A DNA stretch of 62,607 nt, counting the filler, from Catajapyx aquilonaris (Eukaryota), in assembly GCA_000934665.2 (NCBI GenBank). It is 2 parts of 2 records of this genome, joined end to end, with 100 filler letters (N's around TTAATTAATTAA, not from the genome) between each part and the next. Parts side by side here need not be neighbours in the genome. Positions count along the whole stretch, not along the records: positions 1 to 31,267 come from KZ539167.1; 1 more part is not named here. One strand, written 5' to 3'. The notes under the pieces were generated by a model, which did no database searches, was not told the DNA's origin, and worked only from the letters and a program-made list of their open reading frames with translations. Of this stretch, positions 1 through 11,933 are shown piece by piece. Position 1 is the first letter of the stretch. Each line of letters opens with the position of its first letter. The translations under genes were made by a program, and so were the position numbers.

Positions 1-873
1 ATAACAAAGTAGCATGGGTTCTATTAGAAAATTATATCAAAATTCGGTATGCACAATGCCGTAATTTACTGGTACAGTCATCTTCAAAAAAATCGCCAAA
101 AGTGCTTGTTTTGCTGCAAAATCACTTAGTACGCAATTTATTATGGAGTTATTATTAAGGCTATACAATGAAACCAATTATGTACAACGTTGTTAAAGTG
201 CATGTTGTAAGCACAAATAATATCATTAATATCTACATTCAAAGGAGAGATACACCTGGTCAAAGTATGGTCATATGAGAAAACATGCCTGAAAAATACA
301 TTTTTTATTCAAAAATGCCATTTTTTATTGATTTTATTTTCATTTGTGTAGATAATGACGCTCTCTTTCAAAAGATATAGTGTGAAAAAAAAGAAACCTT
401 GTGACAATTTACACATTTGTCATGAAGTGGGTTTAACCCAGAGCAACATTCAAAAATATATAATTCAAGTATACGCATATGCCCCGGGTTTGTGATATAT
501 CTTTTGAAAGAGAGCGTCATTATCTACACAAATGAAAATAAAATCAATAAAAAATGGCATTTTTGAATAAAAATGTATTTTTCAGGCATGTTTTCTCATA
601 TGACCATACTTTGACCAGGTGAATCTCTTCTTTGAATGTAGATATTAATGATATTATTTGTGCTTACAACATGCACTTTAACAACGTTGTACATAATTGG
701 TTTCATTGTATAACCTTAATAATAACTCCATAATAAATTGCGTACTAAGTGAATTTTCAGCAAAACAAGCACTTTCGGCGATTTTTTTGAAGATGACTGT
801 ACCAGTAAATTACGGCATTGTGCATACCGAATTTTGATATAATTTTCTAATAGAACCCATGCTACTTTGTTAT
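1..873. repeat. Long inverted repeat (arms 1-379 and 496-873, ~116-nt spacer); left arm cut by the window/contig start; probably a fold-back DNA transposon derivative
   Basis: 1-33 ATAACAAAGTAGCATGGGTTCTATTAGAAAATT is the reverse complement of 841-873; arms pair with few mismatches down to 361-379/496-514. CATAAGGGTTCA at ~1545-1556 resembles a piggyBac-type right end. Confidence 0.85.
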
Positions 874-1571
874 ACAAAAAATAACGATTAAATATTTAAA
901 ATGGCTTCTTCGAGAAAATATTTATATGATGTGTGCTATATTGTAGCACAATGACGAAATTTGTCATCTGAAAAAAAATTGTATCTCACTTACAAAAAGT
1001 ATGCACCGGGTTTTGACACCACCTCATTTTAAAACCTGTCTGTCCGCGTAAAATAAAAATGAAAAATGAAAAATAAAAAATGGGGTTTTTGAGAAAGTAA
1101 TTTTTGAAATATGCGTCTTTTTGATTGTTGCCATATTTTCACCTCGCATATCTCAACTACACGCGGAGCTAGCAAAGGTTTTATTGCATAACCTTTAAGG
1201 GGTCACCGAGTATATCACAAAATATAATCGGCATAACCGTCACGTTTACCATAACGCCGCAATAAATTGCGAAATATGCGAATTTTGACCAAAATATGCA
1301 ATGTTGGAGATTTTTTTGCAGGTGACTGTACCATTAAATAAGGTAAATTTATGCATTACATAACAGCGTGTTATTCCAAAAGCATGAGTTTAAAATTTCA
1401 CGTTGGTTTTCAGAACAGTTCCCGAATTATACTCATTGAAAGCAATGGAAAAAGTGCACCTTCCCGTGAAGGTTATTTTGGTACCCCTTGAAAGAAATAT
1501 TAATATCTCGATAACTAAATTTAATCTCGTAAAACTGATTGCTCCATAAGGGTTCAATTGGATGTGGGTTT

Positions 1572-1590
1572 CACACACACACACACACAC

Positions 1591-1621
<31 letters not shown>
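1572..1621. repeat. (CA)n(TA)n compound microsatellite
   Basis: Directly visible. Confidence 0.95.
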
Positions 1622-1624
<3 letters not shown>

Positions 1625-1689
1625 CGAAGACCATGACTGGGCACCCTCTGTCTGGATTGAAATGGAACCAGCCAGCAAGCGATGACTTC

Positions 1690-2021
1690 ATGCCAACAGC
1701 AACAGCACAACCCCGGACCGCATCATTTCATGCGGTACCTTTCATATACTGCACTCGACTGTGCTGAAAGGACCGCGGTTCAAAACGACTAATATGGCAC
1801 TCTGTTGCCATAGACACAAGCTATTTATCCTAAAGAGATTTTGAATATTCGCTACGGTTCACTAGAATGAGGCTGTTTGTCAGACTCTTGGTGCTGGTGC
1901 TTCCGTGATGGAACAGTGGAAATGAGATATATTGCCATGACAACGCAAACTGAGGGCTTCGTACTAGCAGACTAAAGAGTCAATGATATCTGAGAAGTCA
2001 GGAGCTGAGTAGGCTACCTAC
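1690..2021 (+). repeat. Dispersed direct repeat, copy 1 (copy 2 at ~4635-4930)
   Basis: Shared blocks such as CGGTACCTTTCATATA, CTGTTGCCATAGACACAAGCTATTTAT and CAAACTGAGGGCTTCGT. Confidence 0.85.
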
Positions 2022-4634
2022 ATAGGCTACATACTCATACTGTATCCAGCACCGGATATATGGCAAGGCAACTAGGGCGGAAGATTTCAAGGGGCTGCAA
2101 ATTTAGGCATACAAAAAAAGTAAATGAATAATTATTAGGTAGTAATAAATAATTACGCGACTGGAAGATAGCGCCGGATTTACCATTAGGCAGAGTAGGT
2201 AATTGCATAGGTGCGTCCGCGAGTTGCAATAAATATATTTTAAATATGCTACAATAATGGGGGGGGGGGGACGCGAAATCATTAAAAAATTCACAATTTT
2301 GGGGGGTTTCCCATCTCCGGATTTGCCGTAGGCAGAAAAGCATAAGGGCGGCAGCGCTCCGGGGCGGCCATAATAAGTTGAAATATAAATTTTTAAATAA
2401 AATGAAATGTAATCAGGAATAGATGGCTCCTATATAATCGCAGATAACTTGGTTTTGATGCAACCATTTCCAAGCTAGCCTGATTTTGTTACGTCCATAA
2501 TTAGCATTTTCATTTTAAATAGTAAATAGGCAGATTTTTAAAATCTCACTTATATGGAACGATGGTATTTAGCCTGGACTATCTGATTCCGTTACTAACT
2601 AATTTTTCGAAAATATTAATGCATTTCTGTAGCGGCCAGAAAACGCCACGAGAAATATTTCGTGTTCACCAACAGATGTTTGCGTTGAAATGAAGCTTTT
2701 GATTCTTTCCGAGATTAAGTGCATCAAAAGCGTGACTATATAGAGGCCGAGTTCACATTACGTGTAGGCGTGTATCATTTGATGTGTGGTTGTCGGTGCT
2801 TGCATCGACATGTGCCATGTTGGGACATCAATTCAGGTTATATTACAGGTGGGAAAAAAATAAACCAGTCCAGACAGAGAAGCATTTCAAAGCAGGTAAC
2901 ATCTAATATGCAAGAGTTTGGTATAACATTTTTGACTTTGCAGTAGTATTAACTCACTTTGAAATATTAAGTATTATGTGCCTTTGGCTAATGTACCCCC
3001 ATCTCTCACTCTACTTTTATTAGTAAGTGATTTGTATACGACCAAAGCGAGCACTAAGTACTGTACTTTTATTAGTATTAAAAATGCAGGGTTTACTCTG
3101 CATTATGTGCAGGAAAATTTAATGGAGTGTCGTGTTTACCCAAATGTTCCTAACATCGGTCATGCTGATTGGGATTCTGCATGACAGTAGTTTTTTTAAG
3201 GGTTATACCGAATATGCTACTCATTCTGAACTTGTTTATAGTATACGGTACTATAGAAGTAAATAAGGGAAAATCTCTAATAATGTTGGCTAATAATGCA
3301 TAAGCCAGCTTAATCTGAGATTTCCTCATCTTAATATTAACTTCATGTTACAGCCAAACCTGCTGCTCTTATTATCACATGATGCATGCTGGTTCGAGGG
3401 CATATTTCGGAGGAGATTTTTACCACTTGAGAATAATATTCTTAGTTCTACCTGTTGAAGATTTTACTGTACGACCAACATGGTCCTGAATATAAGTTTT
3501 GATGTGGCCGATTTTTCTAGCGTCTCGCATTTGTGAGAACGTGACTAGAGGTAAGATTTTCCATTTTGTTTATCGATCAGTCAGGTAAGCTCTATAGAGC
3601 CGGTTGCATCAGATTGAATACACAAGCTGAAATTTTCAGATTTAACGAATGAATTGTTTGCTAATTATGACAGTAGTGAATAAAATACGTTAAATTATAG
3701 CTAAATCATTCGAAATCACAAGTACTAAGAGACATTTTGAATAAATGTAACTTTGCGGAGCAATAGGCCTGAAATATTACATGAATTCCTATTGATGCCA
3801 ATTCGTGGCTGGAAGAATAGAAGGCAGGTTAATAACACGTTTAATAAGAATTAATAGAATTACTTAATAATAATTTAATAACAATCCATGAACGTTCCAT
3901 TGTAAGTCAATTTTTTTCACACGAAATTTATCATTCACAGTTACTTTGGAAACTACTTTTAGAGGTTATCCCAAAAACATTTGCTGCCTAACATTAGGTC
4001 GAATGGGTTCATCCTTTTGCTTAATGCCGCAGGGTCTAAGGCTTCGACCCATTGCTCAGTGGGTCAAAATGGTTGCAAAGTTTCACGCTGGCAAATTCAT
4101 AAGTCAGGGCTTTGTATGAATGCTTCATATTAACATAGCAACTAATAATTCCAATAACGCTAGAAGTAACTCCTTAAAAACAAGCAGATTCGTGCAAAAA
4201 CGTTCGTGCACTACTATACAGACGTTTCAGTATTATTGTAACATACTACTCTATAGGTCTACCAGTGAGATCTGTGCTCTGACAACATCGCCCTGCATAT
4301 ATACAACAGGTCCATGTCTATCTCCCACCATCAAGTCTATGGCTCGTTCTATAGCCACCTTCACCAGACACGCTCCGACGCGTTTCCCTCCAATCAATGC
4401 AGATATTGACAGAATCCGTACTTCAAAAACATCATATTGGGACCCTTCTCTTCTTGGTCGACCTATAGAAAGCGGTAATATGATCAAAATCATGGAAGTG
4501 GAATGAACATGAATGGGCCAGAGTTAATTGAAATTGCGAATAAAATACCAGGTGAGTCAATGAATGGAATGAAATTAATTAAAATCGGAAGTAATGACGT
4601 GAGTAATACGTGTCGTAAGTCGTGCGTAAACATC

Positions 4635-4930
4635 AGCATGGCAACAGCAAACTCTGGATCGCTTCATTTCATACCGGTACCTTTCATATAGGCTACTATG
4701 CTGAAAGGTCCAAAACGACTAAATGGCACTCTGTAGTCTGTTGCCATAGACACAAGCTATTTATTCTAAAGAGAATTTGAATATCAACTAGACCTAGGCT
4801 GTTTTCCTCTTGGTGCTTCCGTGGAGCGCAATGGAAATGAGATTTGTTGCCATGACGACACAAACTGAGGGCTTCGTCCGAACAGACAAAAGAGTCAATG
4901 ACATTTGACGAGTGAGTAGCTGAGTACCTA
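4635..4930 (+). repeat. Dispersed direct repeat, copy 2
   Basis: Collinear with 1690-2021, with small indels. Confidence 0.85.
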
Positions 4931-6813
4931 ATATCAGAAAATATAGGCCTGGAGTTTGGCAGTGCTGTATTGGGTATTTAGTGAAGAGGGATTAGCTATT
5001 GCGTTAAAGAACTTCATCCTGGAAGTTATTGAACCTGTAGGAATAGGCCTACTTGCTATGCAGATCTTCCATACATTCCTATCCCTATATGCAAATGTCG
5101 AAAATAACCTAGGCCGTATATATAAATTCGAAAAGTCGTAATCATGGCGAAGAGGTCGACAGAGATGGATAATAAACCCGTCCGTGCAGGCCGTACAAAA
5201 TAATTGACAACATCTGCTCTAACATATCATATAACAGTCCGGTATGTGCGTAAGTCCCCCCCCAAAATTCGCCTAAACTGAACCAAAAATACGAGTCAGC
5301 TTTCAGTTTTTAACATTTGAAATACGACGTACTTGAGCGTATGATGGCCATATGCGGGTAATGTACGGAGTTGCAATTGACCCCTTTTTCATTGAGACCT
5401 ATAATATATCTTGTAAGGACCCGACCCAATATTTGAATAGCACATCGATGGCCAAATGAATACATAGAAATTAATTTACTTCATGTAAATGCAACCAATA
5501 ATTTATCTCCACATGCCACATTTGACCGTCTAAACTCTGAACAAATGAGTAGCAAGTGGTTGCTGAGAAAATCTGGCAAAGGACAAGAATTAGAAAAAGG
5601 GGTGACATTATTTGGTCCACGGCGTCTGTGGGATTTGAGAGAGACGCCCTTGTGTATACGCCAAAGCGCCCAGACGGCGACCGTATTTGCTTACTGGGCC
5701 CCAAAGTCCAGCATCCCCAAGAGATACGTCTCTAGAGGACAACCAGTCAACATCTTTCGAGAGTATTTCCAGACTCTGATTGGTAGCAAACAGGCAAGTT
5801 TGCTGTGGGTGCCTATCTTTTTGGTTCATTTCCTTTTTCTCCCCAATGATGCTTAGGAAATCCGGAGCCTATATAATTATTAACCTTGGACAAATATGGC
5901 CCGGGCGGTATTTGGTGTGGTGCACAAAAGGACCCTCCTTTTTCCTCTTGTTCCTCCCGCTGCGCTGGCAAGACGGCCTGCAATTTACCAATATAACAAG
6001 GCTGTCGACTGGACTAGAAAGCAATTTTGCCCTAGGCAGAATACATGCCAAACAAGTTTTGTGTGAGAATCATACCTGCGGATGTCATACCGCAAGTGCC
6101 ACCAAGTCACTATAAAAAACAGTAGGTCAGTCATAATATTAGTAAGCTAATTGTATTAAAATAAGCGGGCTAATAATGTAAAGAAAAATTCGTGTATTTT
6201 GATTTGGACATACCATTAGCATGTATACTTTCCCTGTCTGCTGTATACATCACTGTATTATACACTCAAGCGCTGTCTCGGAAGTAGCAGAACTGGCTAA
6301 ATTGCAAGGACAAATTCATTGAAAACTTGCCGACATGAATAATTCAAATCGCGGATCATAGGCTGTTTCGTTCCAGGTACCGAACAAACGCGAACATTGT
6401 TACGTTTTGCATGAGTGTTCGGAATCGTGTGAGGACCAGGTGCAAGTGCGCAGCATCGAACGTGGCTGACATTACAACAGATGTGTTGGTATGCAAAAGC
6501 AGGGTCGCGCAGGAATTTTGCAGGATTCACGAACGAGGCTCTACTGGGGCTATTACTCGACCATCATTCTTTTTGTTGTTGTTGTCCTCTCCCAGACGCC
6601 ATTGTTCGATAGGGGGTAAACGACACAACTTTGCAGCTTGTCGGTGTTATATTGAGTGCAATAAAAGGGGCTAGAAATGACTACTTTCATGTGTTGGTCA
6701 GTGGCCGTGACGTCGTTGACAGGGGAAGTAGTAAACATCGTTGGTGTTGTCATATTGCCAATATTTTGTCCTTTCAGTAAAGGATTATTATTATTATTAA
6801 TTTTTTATTATTA

Positions 6814-7113
6814 CTAGCTGCGGCACCCGGCGTTGCCCGGGAAGAAATGAATGAAGGGAAAACACCTGCCAGTACCCCCGTCAACTGTCTGTCTTTCTGT
6901 GTGTCCGGCCACCAATCCATCTGTGGTCCTGCTACTCCAACACCTTCAACCTCTCCCGCCTGTATAACGGCAAGCGTCATTTGTCTGCCATCTGTAGTCA
7001 ACCCCCAACACCTCCATCCTCTCCCGGCCTGGGGATGGAGCACAGATGGCAGGCAAATGACGGTTGGCAGGCGGACAGACAGACAGACTCACAAACGGCT
7101 TTATTTATATAGA
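6814..7113 (-). mobile_element. Non-autonomous Helitron (Lep1-like), family A, copy 1
   Basis: Minus strand reads A|TCTATATAAATAAAG ... CCCGGGCAACGCCGGG hairpin ... CTAG|T: 5'-TC, 3' hairpin plus CTAG, AT target, no TSD. Second copy at 57773-58079. Confidence 0.88.
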
Positions 7114-7116
7114 TTA

Positions 7117-7278
7117 CAGTTGAATCAGGATATAACAGACTTCAAGGGACGGCGGAAATCAGTCTGTTATACCCTAGGTGTGTTATAGCCGAATACACAA
7201 GCCATACATGGCCTTTCGAGTCTACTATAACCGAAAGTCTATTATAGCCAATGCTGTTATATCCGGATTCAACAACTG
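7117..7278. mobile_element. Small TA-flanked Tc1/mariner-pogo type MITE (sister copy 61085-61270)
   Basis: TA|CAGTTGAATCAGGATATAAC ... GTTATATCCGGATTCAAC; internal ACAGACTTCAAGGGAC shared with the 61085 copy. Confidence 0.75.
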
Positions 7279-7959
7279 CATTATGTGGCATTGGGGAGCA
7301 AACACTTGAATGAATGAAGTAATACATTCCATAGCTATGAATGGGGGTAATTTACAGCAAAATACACATACACCACCCTTATGAGCGTCATATAACAATA
7401 TGATCAAATTTGTGCTAATTTTTTTTCTCGACGTGAGAGGCACCAAAAATACTTTACAATGCAAGTTCCTCATACCCTCTGGCCAATATGATACCGGTTT
7501 CCTTCCTGGCAAGGATAAGAAGACATCCCCCTCCTCCATACTCCACACACTCACACACTAGGAGAAAGATGGGACTAAGATGCTGAATGATTCTTTGTGC
7601 CGAGAGTGAAGGGAGTGGCCGAGTAAATTCCCTTGCATTCAAGCCTGAGGTTGAGTGACCCGTGTCTAACGTCCTTCAGAAGGAAACCAAACATGGGACG
7701 ACTCATTATGTTTGATAGGGGCTATGTCCCATACACAACCCCCAGGGGATGTGTCCAAACTTGAGTCTCCTGCTGTAGAGGCCGGATGATTATTAGCTGA
7801 GCGTGCTGTTGTTGCAATAACAATGGGTGGTGATAATAATACTGGGCGTGGTTGATAGTACAGTGATCTTCCTCAATCGCAGAGGTCAGCAGTGCGGAAA
7901 GCGGGAAGCCTCCATTTCCTTCTATTCTTCTACCTAGGTCGCCCTCCATGAAATTAGCT

Positions 7960-8470
7960 GATTTGGCGCCTGTTGCATGTCGAGAAGATGACTTCTCCCG
8001 CCCCAAAATGACGGTCCGCCAGGTGGTGTCTCTGGCGCCGGAAGTCGTCATCTTATGGCGCCGGCGCCATGCTTCCTGGGTCAGCCCCAAACAACCTCAT
8101 TACTCTGCCCTTTTGCAGACACCCCCATCAGCTTTTATTGGCCACCAGAGAGTAGGAGGGCTACACACTCCTTTGGTTTCTTTTCCCCCGGAAATGGTTC
8201 CAACTATATTCCTTACATGTGCGTGTCACTTTGGCATGGACAGGATTCGACTATCATACTCTCTGGAGGGTCCAACCAGCAAGTAGTCCATGATGGCTCC
8301 ATCCTGGGCCGCCACATCCCATGAAGTAGCAGCAGGGGAGAGATTTTTGGAGGCATGTAATGCTTGGCAAAAGAAAGATGCGAGTTTCAGCCTTGGCGGC
8401 TCCGGCCCCCCTAACGCCAAGGCGGCGTCGGCGGCGTCGCTGGCGCCGGCGCCCACGTCCTACAGGCGCC
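7960..8470. promoter_or_regulatory. GGCGCC/GGCGTC cluster: candidate distal BMP (Mad/Brinker) enhancer of the I-Smad gene
   Basis: About nine GGCGYC sites in ~500 nt (7965, 8034, 8057, 8063, 8424, 8433, 8442, 8448, 8465), several as TGGCGCC. Confidence 0.35.
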
Positions 8471-9780
8471 TTCTTAGCCCGACACACCCCGAGAGCCGGA
8501 GCCAGCATCCATCTCCCATGTTCCCCCCCACCCTCTCCATCAGCAAACCCTCACATTCCCGGACGCAAAACCAACTGATGTGCTCTTCTTTTCATCAGCT
8601 AAACATTCCATAGGAATTGGCACCAAAATGTCGTATGCACCTGACCACCTTGCACTTTTGGTATCCGGAAAAAACAAATCATGCTGACACACGAATATGG
8701 CATTGTTGACCGTAAATAACCGTTGTAAACCCACATTCTTGACTAGTAATAGGACTCTGAAATAGATTCAGGATAGTTGTAACTCCGGTCGCATAGTTTT
8801 GGTGTGACCTGTTGGTAGGGTAGTTTTCTGCTAGGAAAATAATACTAGGGGGGAGGGGGGGGGGTCACCTCTAAATTCTTCCCACTCTCCGACTAGCATG
8901 ATTGCTTGAAATTGACAAAATTGGTCCCCCAAAATGATTGGTGGGGCTTAGTCATTACGTAGAAATTACGTCTGCGGGGATTCCGTCGAGTGCGGTGACG
9001 GTCACGTAGCAGACCTGTACTTTAGCTACTGATATTTTAAAAGTGTACAAGACAATAGTTGTAACTATCACGTTTTTTCAAGCTTATATGACTGTTACAT
9101 CACCTTTTCGTATCTAAAGCGCGTGATGTCACGTCTGGCGCGATAAATTAGATTTCTGGTGACCTCGTTTCCATACATGATATTACTCAAAAGTATTGGA
9201 TATCTCGGTCATGTCTGACAGCTTGTGACGCATCCATCCGACACCGGGTGTACCAAAAATAATGAGACGGCCGATTACTCCGACGCGCTAATTAGGACTT
9301 GGGGAAAAAAGTGTGTTGCAATCAGGAGACAGAAAGGCTGCATCTCTGCCTAATCTGTCTGGAAAGGCTCCCGTTTCCCTTTTTTTATATCCTTCAGGAT
9401 AGCCCCCCCTTCTTTTCCCCGTAACCACAGCACTGGCACCTCCACCCCCACAACCCCGGAGGCTGTAATTAGGGGAAGCCGGCGGTTTCAGACTGCCTTG
9501 ATTGGGTGCTGGCGGTGGCCAGATTAGAGAGAGAATATAGGGAACATCCACAGACTCTCACGTGACCATGAGAAAAAAAATAGTTCTTGCAACAAATGGC
9601 AAGGTGGCCGACACCAGGACGGTGCATGTCGGCTCGTCTTTTGCATACTGCAATGATGGCCCCAAATTATGGCTGGATGGTAGTTTTAAAAAAAATCAGG
9701 TCGAATATAGTGTTATAGAGATGATTAATTATGATGGGCATGGGAAACCATAAAAGTATAAAAAATGCACTGATCAAATA

Positions 9781-9956
9781 CCGTCAATTGGGGTGAGATT
9801 GTGCCAGCACATTTTTTGGGGACAACAGTGCGCCCTACCGTGAATTTTACTCGTCATTGCCAACCTTGACTATACCTCACTGTAGTAAAACATGCCAGTA
9901 GGACACACTGTTGTCCAAAAAATTGCGTTGGCACAATCTCATCCCAATTGACAGGT
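9781..9956. mobile_element. pogo/Tc1-type MITE, with a downstream duplication of its right end (~9941-9980 repeated at ~10055-10093)
   Basis: TA|CCGTCAATTGGGGTGAGATTGTGCCA ... TGGCACAATCTCATCCCAATTGACAGG|TA. Confidence 0.75.
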
Positions 9957-10572
9957 ATACAATACCGGGTAATAATTAATCCCACCAAAAACATTTCTGT
10001 AAAAAAAGGCCAAGTTCTCCTGACTGCTTGGCCGTCAAAAGTGGTGAGATCTGATCCCAATTGACAGGTATACAATACCGGGTAATAATTAATTTGTTTA
10101 TATTTAAAAAGTGTGAACAATTTTTGTATCGACTGGTAAATTTTCAATTTTTGGGCCAGTTTTTCGGTTGTGTAGTGAGGGGAAAATTTTGTTTGAAGTG
10201 TTCAAACTTGGCCCGGTTTGTCCAAACATCTGGAGTGCCAGTATGCTCTGTTGTCGCCAGTCAAGTTTACACAGATGTGTAGACCGTAGAGGGAACATTA
10301 TATCATCATCTTGCTCGTCACAATACCCAAGTTAGATCAGTTGCTACATGGTCGTTTTGGGAACATTCAGACCACCATATTTACATTTGGTGTAGTCTTA
10401 ATTGCTGATAATTACAAAATGTGCTTTTGACATGTCACGCCTGAGTGTTCAGGTACTTTGGGTTGCCGATAGTGGCCTCAATTTAAAATTCATCATTTCA
10501 AAAAATTAATATGACACAAAAAGTAGATTTTAAAATCCTGAGTAGCGTGGCATGGTGCTGGAAACATATATA

Positions 10573-10707
10573 CCCTCCTGAGACCTGATGTCCAATATAT
10601 TGGACATCAGCAATAAAAAAAGGCGTCAACTGAAATTGACGCCTTTTTTTATTTTTTATTTATATTTTGCTGATGTCCAATATATTGGACATCAGGTCTC
10701 AGAAGGA
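10573..10707. mobile_element. Tiny palindromic MITE (piggyBac-like CCCT ends) with nested internal palindromes
   Basis: CTGAGACCTGATGTCCAATATATTGGACATCAGCA ... TGCTGATGTCCAATATATTGGACATCAGGTCTCAG; central AAAAGGCGTCAA/TTGACGCCTTTT hairpin. Confidence 0.7.
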
Positions 10708-11181
10708 TACAACGAATCACCTGACAACGCAACAGGTTTCAGCGTGTATACGGACGACAGCCGTAAGATGACTGAAAGAGCAGTGATGCTTTAATCGATC
10801 ACATATCAACTGCATTACATGCTTGTTTTTGGTGGAAATATTTTCTCGGCCTTGTAATCACTCACGGATGTTATCAAGCTGATTTGTTAAGACTCCCTTG
10901 CATGGGAGCGAATAGGATCACGAGATTGTGTCAGAATTGCATGGTCCTGTCAGTTAATACATTCATCATGATTACTCACATTATGAACAAGATATGCCTG
11001 CCTATTGGTTCTTCAGGGCGAGTGGTGCTGATGTAATGTGGAACAGCCCCGGGTTCGTCTCAGGTGGGATTTCGGTTACATTAAACACCCAGGGGAACGC
11101 ACACTGCTGAAAAGTGTACTAAACCCTTTTAACGCATAAAGTCAGCGTTAGTATGCAGCAATATTGTGCCTCCTGCTAATA

Positions 11182-11933
11182 CAGGGTGGTCGAAAAAGAA
11201 TGCCTCGATTCTAAAACCCTACATATAACTCGAAAACTTGTAGACATATATACCATATGATTTGGGGAGGTGTGCTGGCCGAGATGGTAACGTCTCGGCT
11301 TGCCGAGTGAAAGCCAGGTTCTATCCCCGCCTGGGAGCGCCCTTTCACCTGCGTCGGGAGGGTCTCTGACCTGCACCTTTGGCGTCTGGCAACCTATAAC
11401 CTCCTGGGGGACTGCACATGGCCCAAACGTTTAAGACATTGCACCTGCACAAGTGTCCCCTCCCCAACAATCACTATTCCTACCCTATACATCCTGAAGT
11501 CCTTGCACGGTGATCGAAGAAAAACAAGTTTGAAAACTGATGGTGGTGTGCCACCCCCATAGTTGTATATAGGTAAAATAAATAAATAAATAAATAAATA
11601 AGTAAATAAATAAATAAACCGTATGATTTAAGTTTAGAAATGCTAAGACAGGTCTAAAGTTTTGGTCTTTGGTGAAAAGCTCGGGCATCTCCAGCACCTA
11701 CGGGATAGGATCACAATGGTGATTCCATGCATGTCTGTTCGGGTTAGGCAAGACACCGATTACCGTATTTACATTTTCTGAGCGACAAATGAAGCTCATA
11801 TGGAAACAAACTATGCTAAGACCAAAAACTTTAGACTTTTCTTAGCATTTCAAAACTTAAATCATTAAGATATGTCTACAAGTTTTCTAGTTATAGGGTT
11901 TTAGAATCGGGGCATTCATTTTCGACCACCCTG
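11182..11933. mobile_element. Mariner-type MITE interrupted by a SINE
   Basis: TA|CAGGGTGGTCGAAAA ... TTTTCGACCACCCTG|TA, with long imperfect inverted arms. Confidence 0.85.
11264..11617 (+). mobile_element. tRNA-derived SINE with (TAAA)n tail
   Basis: Box A TGGCCGAGATGG, box B-like GGTTCTATCCC, (TAAA)n tail, 12-nt TSD ACC(A/G)TATGATTT at 11252-11263 and 11618-11629. Confidence 0.85.
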
